Assembly: GCA_964016885.1 (NCBI GenBank)
Contig: OZ024763.1
Location: 806,001-870,000, forward strand
Source: Eledone cirrhosa
Taxonomy: Eukaryota
Length of the DNA: 64,000 nt
Direction of reading: 5' to 3'
The position numbers and the translations under genes are program-made. The notes beneath the pieces are model-generated. The model had not been told where the DNA came from. It searched no databases and saw only the letters and a list, made by a program, of their open reading frames with translations. Below, piece by piece: positions 24,233 to 38,203 of this stretch; position 1 is the first letter of the stretch; every line of letters begins with the position of its first letter.

Positions 24233-24479
24233 AGAAGAATCGGAAGATGGCTAATCATGATGAAGCAAAACAGCGAGACGGATAATGGAAATAATAAAAC
24301 GTTCTTTTTCTTAACTAAATGCTGAAAAATCTTAAAGACTATTTAAATATTAGTACACTATTCCATATAAATGTCAAGACTTGAAAATATCAACATTAGT
24401 TCACTATACCAAGGACAAACACTTTGATTAATCTCCTCCAAAGTTGTAATTCTAACGAGTGACGACCATTGTACTATGT

Positions 24480-24720
24480 ATAACATAACAATGCTCTTTA
24501 CATTTATCCCAGGTATATAGAGGGATATTCCGATGTCCACTGTTTGTAAAATAATGCAATAAGGAAACGCCATCATCCAGTAAACTTTAGTAATACTCCA
24601 ATAACGTCTCAGCCGCAATTTACGGTAGAAAATAGTAAGAAAAATAAGTCACACTCAGCAGTTAATGCAGTGAAAACAAACAATAACAATATTATTACTA
24701 AATAATTATAATTTCTTACA
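24480..24720 (-). pseudogene. GPCR type Y TM1-TM2 fragment (Y3)
   Basis: RLRRYWSITKVYWMMAFPYCIILQTVDIGISLYIPGINV. Confidence 0.65.
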
Positions 24721-26489
24721 TTCAATAATTCTTTTTCTTAAACACGTAATTTATTTCAAATTTGTCGTATCATATATATACTGTTTGTGTGTCAAGTGAT
24801 TGACGGGGAGAAGCCGATCGATTAAATTGAATCTATAAAAATGACTGGTACTCTATTTTTCTGCTATAAAATTGTAAATTAATATCCACCGAGAACACAA
24901 AGGTGGTGTAATATCATTTAAAAATTAGAAATTGAGTTACAAATATAAATGTGTGTTCAGGGCTTAGATGTTCAGTGTGTAACGGGGTTATTGGTATTAA
25001 GTAACATAAAATGTCGTTAGGAGTTCAATATTTAGCTGGGGATATAGAATTTCTTTAAATTATTTCTTGTACCAGTAGCGAACTGGGATCGAAACCATTA
25101 TGTTATTCGGACGAAAGAAATATACAAGCTTAGCTCAATCTAGTTGGAGTTACGGGACATTACTGCAAAGCACATCACTGTAGGTTCCAATCTTACATTG
25201 ATAAAAGTGACGTTTAGCAATTTATTTGTAAGTCGCACACAGGATTTAGGTATGGCAGATTTGAAATTAGTGAACATTGCAGACGAAGTCATTGTAGGTT
25301 CAAATCAACACTAGGGCGTTAAGAAATAAAATGAATATTTACTTCATGAAAGAGCCTGAATTGTGAAAGACAGTCGACCCTTTCTAATAACAGCAACACT
25401 AAGAAAGGTACTCAATATATATCAGAGTATAAATATTTCATATAGAAATGTCTTCTGCGGGACAAGAACTGTTTCATTCGGAAAAAAATCATCAGGAAAG
25501 CCCTTGATTTCTTTCGAATGAAACCGTTCTAGTCCTGTAGAAGCCACACACATATATGTGTGTGTTCATAAGACCAATTGTCTATGATGATAAGGTCCCC
25601 CATCTTTGTATATTTATATGTCGATGTCTATTTCCACATGTCACATCTGGTCCTCGATGTTGTCACCGCCTGCTTTACGTAGCATCTTAACTATCTAATA
25701 TTTATTCAGAGAGGTTCTCCCTTCATATCACAAATATTCCTTTCTGACTCACTGAAAACTTGTCTTGCATCATCGAGTAAAAGAGATCTAAAGAATCTGT
25801 CTGATGTTGCTATATATGTATGTAGCGACCTATAACTTGTGAGGGTGTCCTAGAGGCCCCACATTGACATTCAGGGTGTCTAGGGTACTTTGTAAAAGTT
25901 GACAGATCCCATCTCCACCCCCCCAGATCTCTTACAGAGAGTGAGAGAAAGGAATTGAGAAAAAAGATATAGAAGAATCGACCCTAGTACTACACTGGTA
26001 CTTGTTTCTAACTACCTCGAATGGTACAATAGCGAAACCTAAACTTTGATGTACCTATATAAGTCATACCTGTTCTATATGTGATGTACGTACATATATG
26101 TATGTAAGTGTACCTGGCGTTGCAAGTTCGGTTTTCGTAAGTGTCTCTGAGAATTTTTACATGAGCAAGCATGTGTCCTGATGATTAGTCAATCGTTATT
26201 ATGATGGTATGTGCTTTTAATATATATGTATGTATATTTACATAGAAGTGAGTAAATATGAATGTATGGGTATATATAAATGAAAATGGTCTTTCTAATT
26301 GCTAATACTATCTATCGGTCGAAACTCCAGGTAGAAGTATATATGTGTGTGTGTGTGTGTGTGTGAAATCCTTGGTACAGTCGGGTATATTTAAAAAAAA
26401 GAAAAGAATGACTTCATTTGTAGTTCTAAATCAAATTGTTTAGAACTACAAATCAAGTCATTCTTTTCCTTTTTTCAAATATATATATA

Positions 26490-27140
26490 TATATGAAAAT
26501 ATAATGGGAAGAGGTGAGTATTATAACTTTAATAAGAAATAAAGATCTAAAGACGAGTGATATAATTGTTAATACAGTATTCCAGAAGTAAAATATAGAT
26601 CTAAAGACGAAAGAAAATTTCATCAACGAAATCGTAATGTACACCAACGAAAATATAAGTCTACAGAATAGATTAGTAAAATAAAGTTGGAGCAACTAAA
26701 TGAGAGGTCACTTAACTTTACATATTTATATCGTGAAAAATGTTGATCTTCAGATATTAAATTATGGATGTGATTCTTTGTCTTTCTTTAAACATAGTCT
26801 TCTTTTTAAAATTAATTTTAGATTATTCGTACCTCATCTCTGTGGTCTCTTTATTGGTTTTATTTTAAAAGTGATCCATTAAAATGTTACGTAAAAGACC
26901 TACCTTATGTTTATTCCAGGTATTTAGAGAGATGTCCACTGACAACAAAATAATACAATAAGGAAATGCCATCATCCAGTAAAACTTGGTAATAATCCAG
27001 TCTCGTCACAGTCACAGTAAACAATGGTAAGAACAAACAAAAACAAAAACAAGAGAACTATTCAGCAGTTAATGAAGTGAATACATAAAATTTAAAAAAA
27101 ACATTCCTGAATAAAATAAATATTTTACTTTCATTAAATT
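26490..27140 (-). pseudogene. GPCR type Y pseudogene with internal deletions (Y4)
   Basis: Homolog of Y2; TSHLVAPTLFY..FCRLIF (TM5-like). Confidence 0.6.
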
Positions 27141-28904
27141 GTTTCTTTACTTTCTTTTATAAAACACATTTATTAATAGAAATTAAGCACAGCAATGTAG
27201 GTTCAAATCTTATTTGCATGTATATATAGGAACCACGTTTAACAATTTACGGGTACGGCGTACTAAGCTGGAATGAGGTATGACATTATTGCAGACGGAG
27301 TTGTTGTAGGTTCAAATCAAGCCTAGAGCAATGAGAAATAAAGTCTAGATTTACTTTACCTCACACATATTTCACGGTCATATGTCTATATATATATATA
27401 CATAGATATATATACATATGTAGACATATATACATAGATATATATATATGTAGACATATATATACAGATATATATACATATATATGTAGACATATATATA
27501 CAGATATATATATACATATATATGTAGACATATATACATATATATATATATATACATACATACATATATACATACATAAATATATACATATATATATATA
27601 TATACATATATATACATATTCTTTCCTGAGACATTCTAACCACATGTCCATAGTATCAGAGCTGTGATCTCTCAGTTGGGAGAAGTAGCAGCTCTGCCTG
27701 GAGTGACTCTCTGATCTCTGAGCTACACACTTTATCAAGTAACGTTACTCCAAAGACCCTTTCGAGGAACCCCATTTTGGCTGCTTGTATTCGCTTTTAA
27801 CTCTACTAAGTCAGTACTAAGTTTAGTTAAATCTACTAAATACCATAGTGCAGTGCTGAAGCTCTAAAGTGCCATACTGTGGCACCCTAGTTCGGGAGTT
27901 CAATAGTGTGTTACTCTTGCTCCCTATTGCCATATACATGTATATATATATATATAAACATACATGCTTACGTATATATATATATATATTACGTGTTGAA
28001 AATTCTATCAGTTGATAAAACAACAATATAGCATTGAAATATATATTCAACCTCAAAATTGATTTATTTTCTATTGCAGACTTCCAATGTTATGTTTAGA
28101 ATTGTTCCTGACGATGTCTTTCTAAAGATGTGTAACATGTAATAGCAATGAAACAAGTGTTGATCAAATAAATAATTTATAAACTGTTGAACTTGGTGAC
28201 TTATTTCTTTGTTTTATATATATAAATATATATAAATAATTTATTTATATATATATGTGTAAAGATATATAAATAAATGTGTGTGTGTATATATACATAT
28301 AAATATATATGTCTGTGTGTGTATATATATATATACATCCGTTTTGGTGACCCAGTGGTATGTATTAGAGGTGAATCCGTTCCTGGTCGTGAGTTCGATC
28401 TGAATCAGGATATAATCTCACTAAATCTTACTTTTCCCTTTTGTAAGAGAAAAAAATGTAAGACCCCCTTAATGTATGTCTTCATTGAAAACCAAACCAG
28501 GTCCTCCACCGTCTCTAATAACCCCCACTAGGCCACCGTAACAATAACAGCTCCAGAACTAATTGAAATTTAATATATATGAAACTACTTTCTATTAGCA
28601 AGCTAAATAGATGTGGTTACATTCATGCTGGTTCCGTCTTATTAACATTACATAGAGCGGTGTCTTGGCAGGGGCGGTGTATTAGCAGAATCGGTAGAGG
28701 TTCGGACGCTATGCTTTCCAGCATAGAGTTACGGCCCTTGCCATTCTGAGTTCAAATCCCGCCGAGGTTAACTTTGCCTTTCATCTTTACAGGGTCGATA
28801 AAATAAAGTACCAGTAATACACTGGGATAATTGTTGGCCTTGTGCCAAAATTAGAAACGATATAATATATAAATATTTATATATATATGTGTGTGTGTGT
28901 GTTT

Positions 28905-29370
28905 TATTTGAACGTACAACATCGCTATATAAATCTGTTTTTATTTGTTAATAATTACATAAATGTAACTCTACAAACCCTGCTAAGGATTGAAACCCTG
29001 ACTACACATTTACAGCAACAACAACGACATAATAATTTCTGGTTTAAAATAATCTTGTGTAATTCTTGGTAGAGATTGAACCTCGTCACTTTATCTCACT
29101 GTTTAGTCTTTCCAATTAACACCCTATATAAAAGGCAGTTTGTTCTGACTTCACACCTGATGTTCACAGTTGTCGAAGACTTACCACCAGTCATGCTAAA
29201 CACACTGCCAGTTAGATCTGTGCAGCGATGAAGGAAGGTCGTGTTATTTCTACCTCTAATGAACAACATACATATGTTATCCATTAGAGAACAATACACA
29301 AGAGAAAGAATTAAATTGAGAATGTCAATCTTTGAAAAGGAAATTTTATTTCATTAACAAATTCAACGGC
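28905..29370 (-). pseudogene. GPCR type X pseudogene (X4, twin of X1)
   Basis: ORF 29096-29299 differs from ORF 965-1168 by one residue. Confidence 0.6.
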
Positions 29371-29593
29371 AATACATTGTACTGAAAGGAGAAATTAATT
29401 GTAAAGGAACCTTTATGGAGACGTCTTACAATATTTTTGGGGATGTAAGACCCCCCTTAGTTTTAAGAACAAATGTACAGAAACACGAAATAAGAAATTA
29501 ATTGAAATGGAACACACACAGATTTTAAGACCTGTTTATTTTCAAGACAAAATGATTGGGGGAAGTGTAAATATGCAGCTATCCTTGTTCATG

Positions 29594-29651
<58 letters not shown>

Positions 29652-30224
29652 TATATTATATTCGTACCTTTAAGGCAAAGGGCAGACGGTTGTTTTTTTT
29701 ACATCGTTTTTTTCGGGTAGAAAAGTACCTCTTATTCCCCACCCCACAAAAAATATATTTCGAATATGTATGTTTTAATTGAAAGGTGGCTAACCATGTT
29801 AAAGGCAAAAAGTAGCAAGTGAGACGATAGGAATAATAATTTACCTAGCTAAATGCAAACAAATTTTAAATTATCGATGAATGATATGAGCGACACCACG
29901 TAGAGTATTCCGTAGGGACATGGACGCACGACAGAAAATATTGAAAGAATCCAGAGAAGAACAAAAAATGAAACAAAAGAATTAAGAAATCTGTTTCGAG
30001 AATAAAGATGTAAAAACTTAGGAGTTACAACTTGGGAGGAGATAAAACAAAGGGGAGACATGATAGAAATATTTAAGATGATGGAAGGACTTGAAATTAC
30101 GGAAGAAAATGTAAATCTAAGAGGATGCCATGCTCTAAAGACATCAGAAAAAATATATTTCTCAAAGAGATATTAGTGAATGGAATAGTTTAAATGATGG
30201 AGTAAATGATTATAAAAAGATATG

Positions 30225-31485
30225 ACAGATGAAGAACGAATGAATAGATTGAAATATTTGTGATGCTGAGTAAAAGTGAGCAGAAAGCATTGTAGTGAAT
30301 TTGATCTTACTATGGCAATAAGAAAAGAACTCAGTAAATCTCGCAACGCTTCAAAATGTATCGACTAACTTAGAATGGTATCAACTGGCTTGGACATAAC
30401 TACAGTTTAGTCGTCACTCCATGAATTTGTTAACGGTGAATATATTTTACATGAAAATATACAGAGATCCGTCTTCCATGATGTAGATTACGATAATGTC
30501 GGTGAAACTCATTAATTTACTTCAAATACTTTCATTATTGTATGTAGTTAAGTTCGTTAAAGATTTCGTGTACTAAAAACTTTCGTACTGTGTTTGTAGT
30601 CGGCAAAATATAAACTTGAAAATTCGTTAATTATGCCTGTCTTCCAATCTCATGTTGATAAAGTATAATATCAATCAGAATAATGTCATAGATTTTCGAC
30701 ATAATCGGAATGTCATTTCTAAAACTACGAATTACAAAACACAACACAAAAACAATGTTTACCTTCGAAAGTATATGTCTATAAAATATGTATTATTCGA
30801 AGTAAGTTTTAAGAAAACGAGTCGGATGTGAGAGGAGGGGCATTAAACTATATTTATGTCGTGAAAAATGTCTAACTTCAGACATTAAATTGCGGCTGAG
30901 ATTCTTTCTGCCATCGAGTGTTCCTTTGAACGTCAATTTTTAAATATTTGTCTCTCTTTAAAGATGGATTATCTTTTGAAAAACTAATGTTAGATTATTC
31001 GTGGTTGGTCTGTGTGGTTTGTTTTGAAATAGCATCTCTGTCTCATAATCAGGTCAAATTTGATCAAGTCGAACATGTCTTTAAAACGAAATATTGCGTA
31101 AAAGACACACCTTATGTTTATCTCGGGTATTGCGGTAGATATCCTGATGTCTCCAGTTTGTAAAGTAATCCACAAAGCAAAAGACATCCAGTAAACCTTG
31201 GTAATCCAGTTTCGCCGTAGCCGCCATTTGCAATAGAATATAAGCAGAAACAAAAACAAAAGGCCACACTGGACAGTTAATGTATTGAAAATCACAATAA
31301 AAATAAAACTACTGAATAAACATGTCTTACTGTCATTTACGGCCCTTGCTATTCTGAGTTCAAATCCCGCCGAGGTTAACTTTGCCTTTCATCCTTACGG
31401 GGTCGATAAAATAAAGTACCAGTAATGTACTGGGTAATTTCTGGCCTTGTGCCAATAGTAGAAACAATTATTTAATTTGTTTCAT
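30225..31485 (-). pseudogene. GPCR type Y pseudogene (Y5, twin of Y1), SINE-disrupted at its 5' end
   Basis: ORF 30990-31295 with an in-frame 3-bp deletion relative to Y1. Confidence 0.7.
31339..31467 (+). mobile_element. 5'-truncated SINE, copy-2 specific
   Basis: Absent at the homologous sites ~3190 and ~34910. Confidence 0.88.
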
Positions 31486-32039
31486 TTATTTATTGCTAAC
31501 ACATACTTTCACTAATATATATATATACACACATAGATAAACTCTCTTTGTTTGTAACTGAGGCAAAAGTCAGAAATTTACGGGGAGAATTCGATCGATT
31601 AAATTGATTCCACTATGTGACTGGTACTATACTTTATCTATCCAAAAATAAAAATGTTAAATTAATCGGCCAGATTTTCACCGAGATGAGAACACAAGGT
31701 GAAGTAATATCATTTAAAAATTGAGGTGTTATTATTTTATCATTTAGTTACAAAGTCGTGTGAGACTTGGTAGTTAAGTATTTAATGTAGTTTGTGGTGC
31801 TGTCAGGAGTTCAATATTTAGCTGAGGATATAGAATTTATTTTATTTTTAAGAAACGAAAAACATATACATATCGCTATTTAGTTGAAATTGTGTAAAAT
31901 TACTGCAAAACATATCATTGTAGATTCAGATCTTACACTGCTACATATATTATCTATATAGAAATCAGGTTTAACAATTTACGGGCGTATTGTACGAAGT
32001 GGGAATATTTCACACACACACAGATACACACATAAACCA

Positions 32040-32850
32040 GGTATGATAGATTTAAAGTTAGTAAATATTATTGTAGACGGGGACATTGTAGGTTCAAATC
32101 AACCGTAGAGCGATAAGAAACATATTGAAGATTTAATTTATGAAAGACCCAGGAGGATGAAAGACAGAGTCGACCCTTTTTAGTATTTATAACATTGAGT
32201 AAGGCATGAACGCCACCACTCAATTTTGCTTGAAAATAGTAAAGTAGGTTTATAAATATTAATTTTCCATCAATTTTTGTAGCAAGTTTCGGTGGCCTGG
32301 TGGAAGGTATGAGAGACGGTGAAGATCCTGGTCTCGGGTTCAATCTTGGCCAGGACTAGAGGTGTCTTAATAAAAAAATTCAAAAATTTTTAATTTTATC
32401 TCTAGTAAAATGAAAAACGTTAGTGTTGCTCCTGGCCGAGATTGAACCCTAGACCAGGATCTTCACCGGCTCTAACACATACCATTAGCCAACAGAGACT
32501 GACACAAAAGTACTATGAAAATTTATATTTATAAAGCTACTTTTCTATATCCAAGCAAACTTGATGTGGTGGCCTTCATGTCTTTTTCCATGTTATTCGC
32601 ACTACCAACGACCGACCTTGTATTTTATTCCTCTGGAGCTTTCAGAAACCTACCTTGTATTTCCAAGCATAATAGATGTTGTGGCATTCATGTCTTTCTC
32701 AGCATTATCAATACTTCAAAAGGGTTGACATTGGATTTTTATTCTTCTGGCAATTTCAGAAAATATATCTTCACTTACTTTCTCTAAGGTTCATTTCATC
32801 CTACAACCCGATAATCTGCAGTGGCCTTCTTCAACTGTCATACCTCACTA
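32040..32850. repeat. GPCR-X TM6-TM7 inverted pair
   Basis: ORF 32676-32876 QKIYLHLLSLRFISSYNPIICSG; arms 32040-32357 and 32428-32850. Confidence 0.75.
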
Positions 32851-32889
32851 TTAAATTTATTGATGTCCTTCGTTAAAAATAACCTACTG

Positions 32890-33320
32890 TAATTCTTGAT
32901 AGAGATTCAACCCTATCACTTTATCTCACTATTTATTCAGGGACCAAGATCGGAGAATGTTGATAAGGGCAGAAGATTGTATCCTTATTTGGTCCGACTT
33001 TCGAGTTAACCCGGTATAAAAGTGGCACTATGTTGGGACTTAATACTAAACACACTGCAAGTTTGCTATCTGCAGCGGTGAAAGAAGGTCGTGTTATTTC
33101 TACCTCTCACATACCACATACATTCTTTTATCGGTTAGATAACAATATAGAAGAGATATAATGAATATGAGAATGTCAGTCTTTTATAAGTATAGTTTAT
33201 TATATTAGAGCAAAATCTTGAATTAGCGATAGTTTGTGACACTAAACGTAAAATGGACGAAGCAACAATACGAACATTGTAAAGCAAATTAATTATTATA
33301 AGAAGGAGAAATGATTGCAT
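32890..33320 (-). pseudogene. GPCR type X pseudogene N-terminus to TM3 (X5)
   Basis: Candidate start MQSFLL, NYT sequon, SPLQIANL (eroded SLAIADL) at 33058-33081. Confidence 0.6.
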
Positions 33321-33679
33321 CTTCAAGGGCCACACAATCTATTGAAAATCGAAATGAGATATTGATTGAAATGGAACACTCACGGAGACCTCATACGGCA
33401 TTTTTCGGAATATATTGTTTTGAGGAAGAGTTATAAATAGGGATATACTTATACATGGCGAGTACAAACATATATAATTATCATATTCGTATCTTGGATG
33501 TATAAGACGCCAGCAGGTTTTAACAACGAATTTTTATGTAAAAATGTGTCTCTTGTTTCACTCACCCCAACAAAATCGGAATATGTAACAATTTGAATTT
33601 AAGGTTAACTAACCAGCTCACATAAAAAAAACCCACAACACCAAGTCGGATTATAGGAATGATAAAATATTACTATACC

Positions 33680-34105
33680 TACCAACATACAGAAATATTG
33701 AAACTCTAAATAAATGATATGTGTGATACTACTTAGAATATTATGTACAGGTATGGTCACCCGACTTCCGAAAGGAGAGAGAAGCTATTGAAGGAATCCA
33801 GAGAAGAAATAAGCATGAAATACCAGAATTATTAACAAATCTGTCTTGACAAGAAAGGTGTAAAAATCTAGGAATTACAACTTTGGAGGAGATAAAACTA
33901 AGAGGAGACACGACAGAAATATTTATGATAATGAAAGGACTTGAAAATCAGAAGAAAATGTAAGAAGAGGACACCATTATACTGTTTATAAGATACAATG
34001 CTCTAAAGACATCAGAAAATATATATTTCTCAAAGAGATATTAGTGAATAGAATAGTTTAAATGATGGTGTAGACGACACAACAGTAAATGATTATAAAA
34101 AGATA
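33680..34105 (+). mobile_element. CR1 3' fossil
   Basis: LEYYVQVWSPDFRKEREAIEGIQRR..LGITTLEEIKLRGD; further copy at ~37150-37530. Confidence 0.88.
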
Positions 34106-34925
34106 TGGCAGATGAAGAACGAATGAATAGATTGAAATATGTGTGATGCTGAGTAAAAGTGAGCAGAAAGCATTGTAGTGAATTTGAACTTGCTATGCCT
34201 TCCAATCTCATATTGCAAACGTATAATATCAATCAGGATAATGTCATAGATTTTCTACATGATCGGAATGACAATTCTAAAACTATGAATTACTAGAAAA
34301 GATGAAAATATAAACAAAACACATTATAATGTAAACCTTCGAAGGTATATCTCTATAAAATATGTATTATTGGAGGATTTGAGTAAAGGAATCGGATGTG
34401 AGAGGAGGGGCATTAAACTATATTTATGTCGTGAAAAATGTCTAACTTCAGACATTAAATTGGGGCTGAGATTCTTTCTGCCATCGAGTATTCCTTTGAA
34501 CGTCAGTTTTTAAATATTTGTCTCTTTAAAGATGGATTATCTTTTGTTAAACTAATTTTAGATTATTCATGGCTGTCTGTGTGGTTTGTTTTGAAACAGC
34601 ATCTCTGTCTCGTAGACAGGTCAAATTTGATCAAGTGGAACATGAGTCTTTAAAACGAAATATTGCGTAAGAGACACACCTTATGTTTATCTCGGGTATT
34701 GCGGTAGATATCCTGATGTCTCCAGTTTGTAAAGTAATCCAAGAAGCAAAAGACAACATCCAGTAAACCTTGGTAATAATCCAGTTTCGCCGTAGTCGCC
34801 ATTTGCAATAGAAAATAAGAAGAAACAAAAACAAAAGGCACACTGGGCAGTTAATGTATTGAAAATCATAATAAAAATAAAACTATTGAATAAAAATGTC
34901 TTACTGTCATTATTTAATTTGTTTT
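34105..34925 (-). pseudogene. GPCR type Y pseudogene (Y6)
   Basis: One frame runs KWRLRRNWIITKVYWML...RCVSYAIFRFKDSCST*SNLTCLRDRDAVSK (TM3 with DRY-like DRD); TM7 SSNSLQCFLL. Confidence 0.72.
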
Positions 34926-35494
34926 ATTTATTTATTGCTAACACATACTTTAATATATATAATATATATGTATATATATATATATATATATATTTACACA
35001 TACAGATACACCCTCTTTGTTTGTAACTGAGGCAGAAATTTACGGGGAGAATTCGATCGATTAAATTGATCCCACTATGTGACTGGTACTATATTTTATC
35101 TATCCAAAAATAAAAATGTTAAATTAATCAGGGCCAGATTTTCATCGAGATGAGAACACAAAAAGGTGAAGTAATATCAATTAAAAATTGCGGTGTTATT
35201 ATTTTATCATTTAGTTACAAAGTCGTACGAGACTTGGTAGTTAAGTATTTAATGTAGTTTGTCGTGCTGTCAGGAGTTCAATATTTAGCTGGGATATAGA
35301 ATTTATTTTATTTTTAAGAAACGAAAAACATATACATATCGCTATTTAGTTGAAATTGTGTAAAATTACTGCAAAACATATCATTGTAGGTTCAGATCTT
35401 ACACTGCTACATATATTATCTATATAGAAATCAGGTTTAACAATTTACGGGCGTATTGTACGAGGTGTGAATATTTCACACACACACACAAACC

Positions 35495-36305
35495 AGGTAT
35501 GATAGATTTAAAGTTAGTAAATATTATTGTAGACGGACATTGTAGGTTCAAATCAACCGTAGAGCGATAAGAAACAAAGTGAAGATTTAATTTATCAAAG
35601 ACCCAGGAGGATGAAAGACAAAGTCGACCCTTTTTAGTATTTATAACATTGAGTAAGGCATGAACGCCACCACATCAATTTTGCTTGAAAATAGTAAAGT
35701 AGATTTATAAATATTAATTTTCCATAACTTTTTGTAGCAAGTTTCGGTGGCCTGGTGGAGGGTATGAGAGACGGTGAAGATCCTGGTCTCGGGTTCAATC
35801 TTGGCCAGGACTAGAGGGGTCTTAATGAAAGAATTCAAAATTTTTTTATTTTATCTCTAGTAAAATGAAAAACGTTAGTGTTGCTCCTGGCCGAGATTGA
35901 ACCCTAGACCAGGATCTTCACCGGCTCTAACACATACCATTAGCCAACAGAGACTGACACAAAAGTTCTATGAAAATTTATATTTATAAAGCTACTTTTC
36001 TATATGCAAGCAAACTTGATGTGGTGGCCTTCATGTCTTTCTCCATGTTATTCGCACTACCAACGACCGACCTTGTATTTTATTCCTCTGGAGCTTTCAG
36101 AAACCTACCTTGTATTTCCAAGCATAATAGATATTGTGGCATTCATGCCTTTCTCAGCATTATCAATACTTCAAAAGAGTCGACATTGGATTTTTATTCT
36201 TCTGGCAATTTCAGAAAATATATCTTCACTTACTTTCTTTAAGGTTCATTTCATCCTACAACCCGATAATCTGCAGTGGCCTTCTTCAACTGTCATACCT
36301 CACTA
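35495..36305. repeat. GPCR-X TM6-TM7 inverted pair
   Basis: Left arm ORF 35641-35838(-) KINIYKSTLLFSSKIDVVAFMPYSML; right arm FISSYNPIIC. Confidence 0.75.
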
Positions 36306-36339
36306 TTAAATTTATTGATGGCCTTCGTTAAAAATAACC

Positions 36340-36802
36340 TACTGTAATTCTTGATAAAGATTCAACCCTGTCACTTTATCTCACTGCTTATTCAGGGACC
36401 AAGGTCCACAATCTCAGAGAATATTGATAAGGAGAGCAGATTGTATCCTTATTTGGTCCGTCTTTCCAGTTAACACGGTATATAAATGGTACTCTGTTGG
36501 GATTTAACACTAAACATGTGATGTTCACCGTTGTCAGCTAAACACACTGCCAGTTTGCTATCTGCAGCCGTGAAAGAAGGTCGTGTTATTTTTACATCTC
36601 ACATCCCACATACATTCTTTTATCGGTTAGATAACAATATAGAAGATAAAGAATGAATGTGAGAATGTCAGTCTTTTAAAAGTATAATTTATTATATAAG
36701 AGCAAAATCTTGAATTAACGATAGTTTGTGAAGCTAAACTTAAAATGGACGAAGCAACAATTGTATGACAAATTGGTTATTGATAAGAAGAAATGAGTGC
36801 AT
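36340..36802 (-). pseudogene. GPCR type X pseudogene (X6, twin of X2)
   Basis: Near-identical to 4605-5070. Confidence 0.55.
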
Positions 36803-37814
36803 CTTCAACGGCAATACAATCTATTGAAAATCGAACACTTACAGAGACCTCATACAGGATTTTTCGGAATACATTTTGAAGAAAATATGTTTTGAAGAGT
36901 TAAAAATAGGGATATACATATACATGGCTAGTATATACATATATACTTTAATTATCATATTTGTATCTTGAACGTATAAGACGCCAGCAGGTTTTAACAT
37001 CGAATATTGATGTAAAATTGTGTTTTTTTTGTTTCACCCACCCCCAACAAATGTGGAATATGTATCAATTTGAATTTAAAGGTAGCTAACCATCTCACAG
37101 GAAAAAACCACAACACCAAGTCGGATTATAGGAATGATGAAATATTACTTTACCTACCTAAATACAGGAATATTAAAACTCTAGATAAATGATATGGTCA
37201 CCCGACTATATCAGAAACTATTGAAGGAATCCAGAGAAGAAAAAAGCATGAAATACCAGAATTCTTGAGAAGAAAGATGTAAAAAGCTAGGAATTACGAC
37301 TTTGGAGGAGATAAAGCTAAGGGGAGACACGACAGAAATATTTAAGATAATGAAAGGACTTTAAATTACAGAAGAAAATGTAAGAAGAGGACACCATTAT
37401 ACTGTTTATAAGAAACAATGCTCTAAAGACATCAGAAAATATATATTTCTCAAAGAGATATTAGTGAATGGAATAGTTTAAATGATGGTGTAGACGACAC
37501 AACAGTAAATGATGATAAAAAGATATGACAGATGAAGAACGAATGAATAGATTAAAATATTTGTGATGCTGAGTAAAAGTGAGCAGAAAGCATTGTAGTG
37601 AATTTGAACTTGCTATGGCAATAAGAAAAGAACTCAGTAAATCTCGGAACGCTTCAAAATATATCAACTAACTTAGAATTGTATCAACTGGCTTGGACAT
37701 AACTATTAATCAAACGAGTGACATGATAGAAATATTTAAAATAATGAAAGGACTTCAAAATACAGAATTGGGGAAGAAAATGTAAATATAAGAAGAGATG
37801 ACCATTGTACTATG

Positions 37815-38125
37815 TATAACATAACAATGCTCCTTACATTTATCCCAGGTATATAGAGGGATATTCCGATGTCCACTGTTTGTAAAATAATTGTTTCTAC
37901 TTTAGGCACAAGGCCAGCAATTACCCAGTGCATTACTGGTACTTTTTGTAAAATAAAGCAATAAAGAAACATCATCCAGTAAACCTTAGTAATACTCCAA
38001 TAACGTCTTAGCCGCCATTTACAGTAGAAAATAGTAAGAAAATTAAGTCACACTCAGCAGTTAATGCAGTGAAAACAAACAATAAAAATATTATTACTAA
38101 TTATAATTTCTTACTTTCAATAATT
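37815..38125 (-). pseudogene. GPCR type Y TM1-TM2 fragment with SINE-tail insertion (Y7)
   Basis: IFLLFVFTALTAECD / IFYCKWRLRRYWSITKVYWMM; SINE tail ~37891-37944 flanked by TSD tttgtaaaataa. Confidence 0.65.
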
Positions 38126-38165
38126 TTTTTCTTTATTAAACACGTAATTTATTTTAAATTTGTCG

Positions 38166-38203
<38 letters not shown>

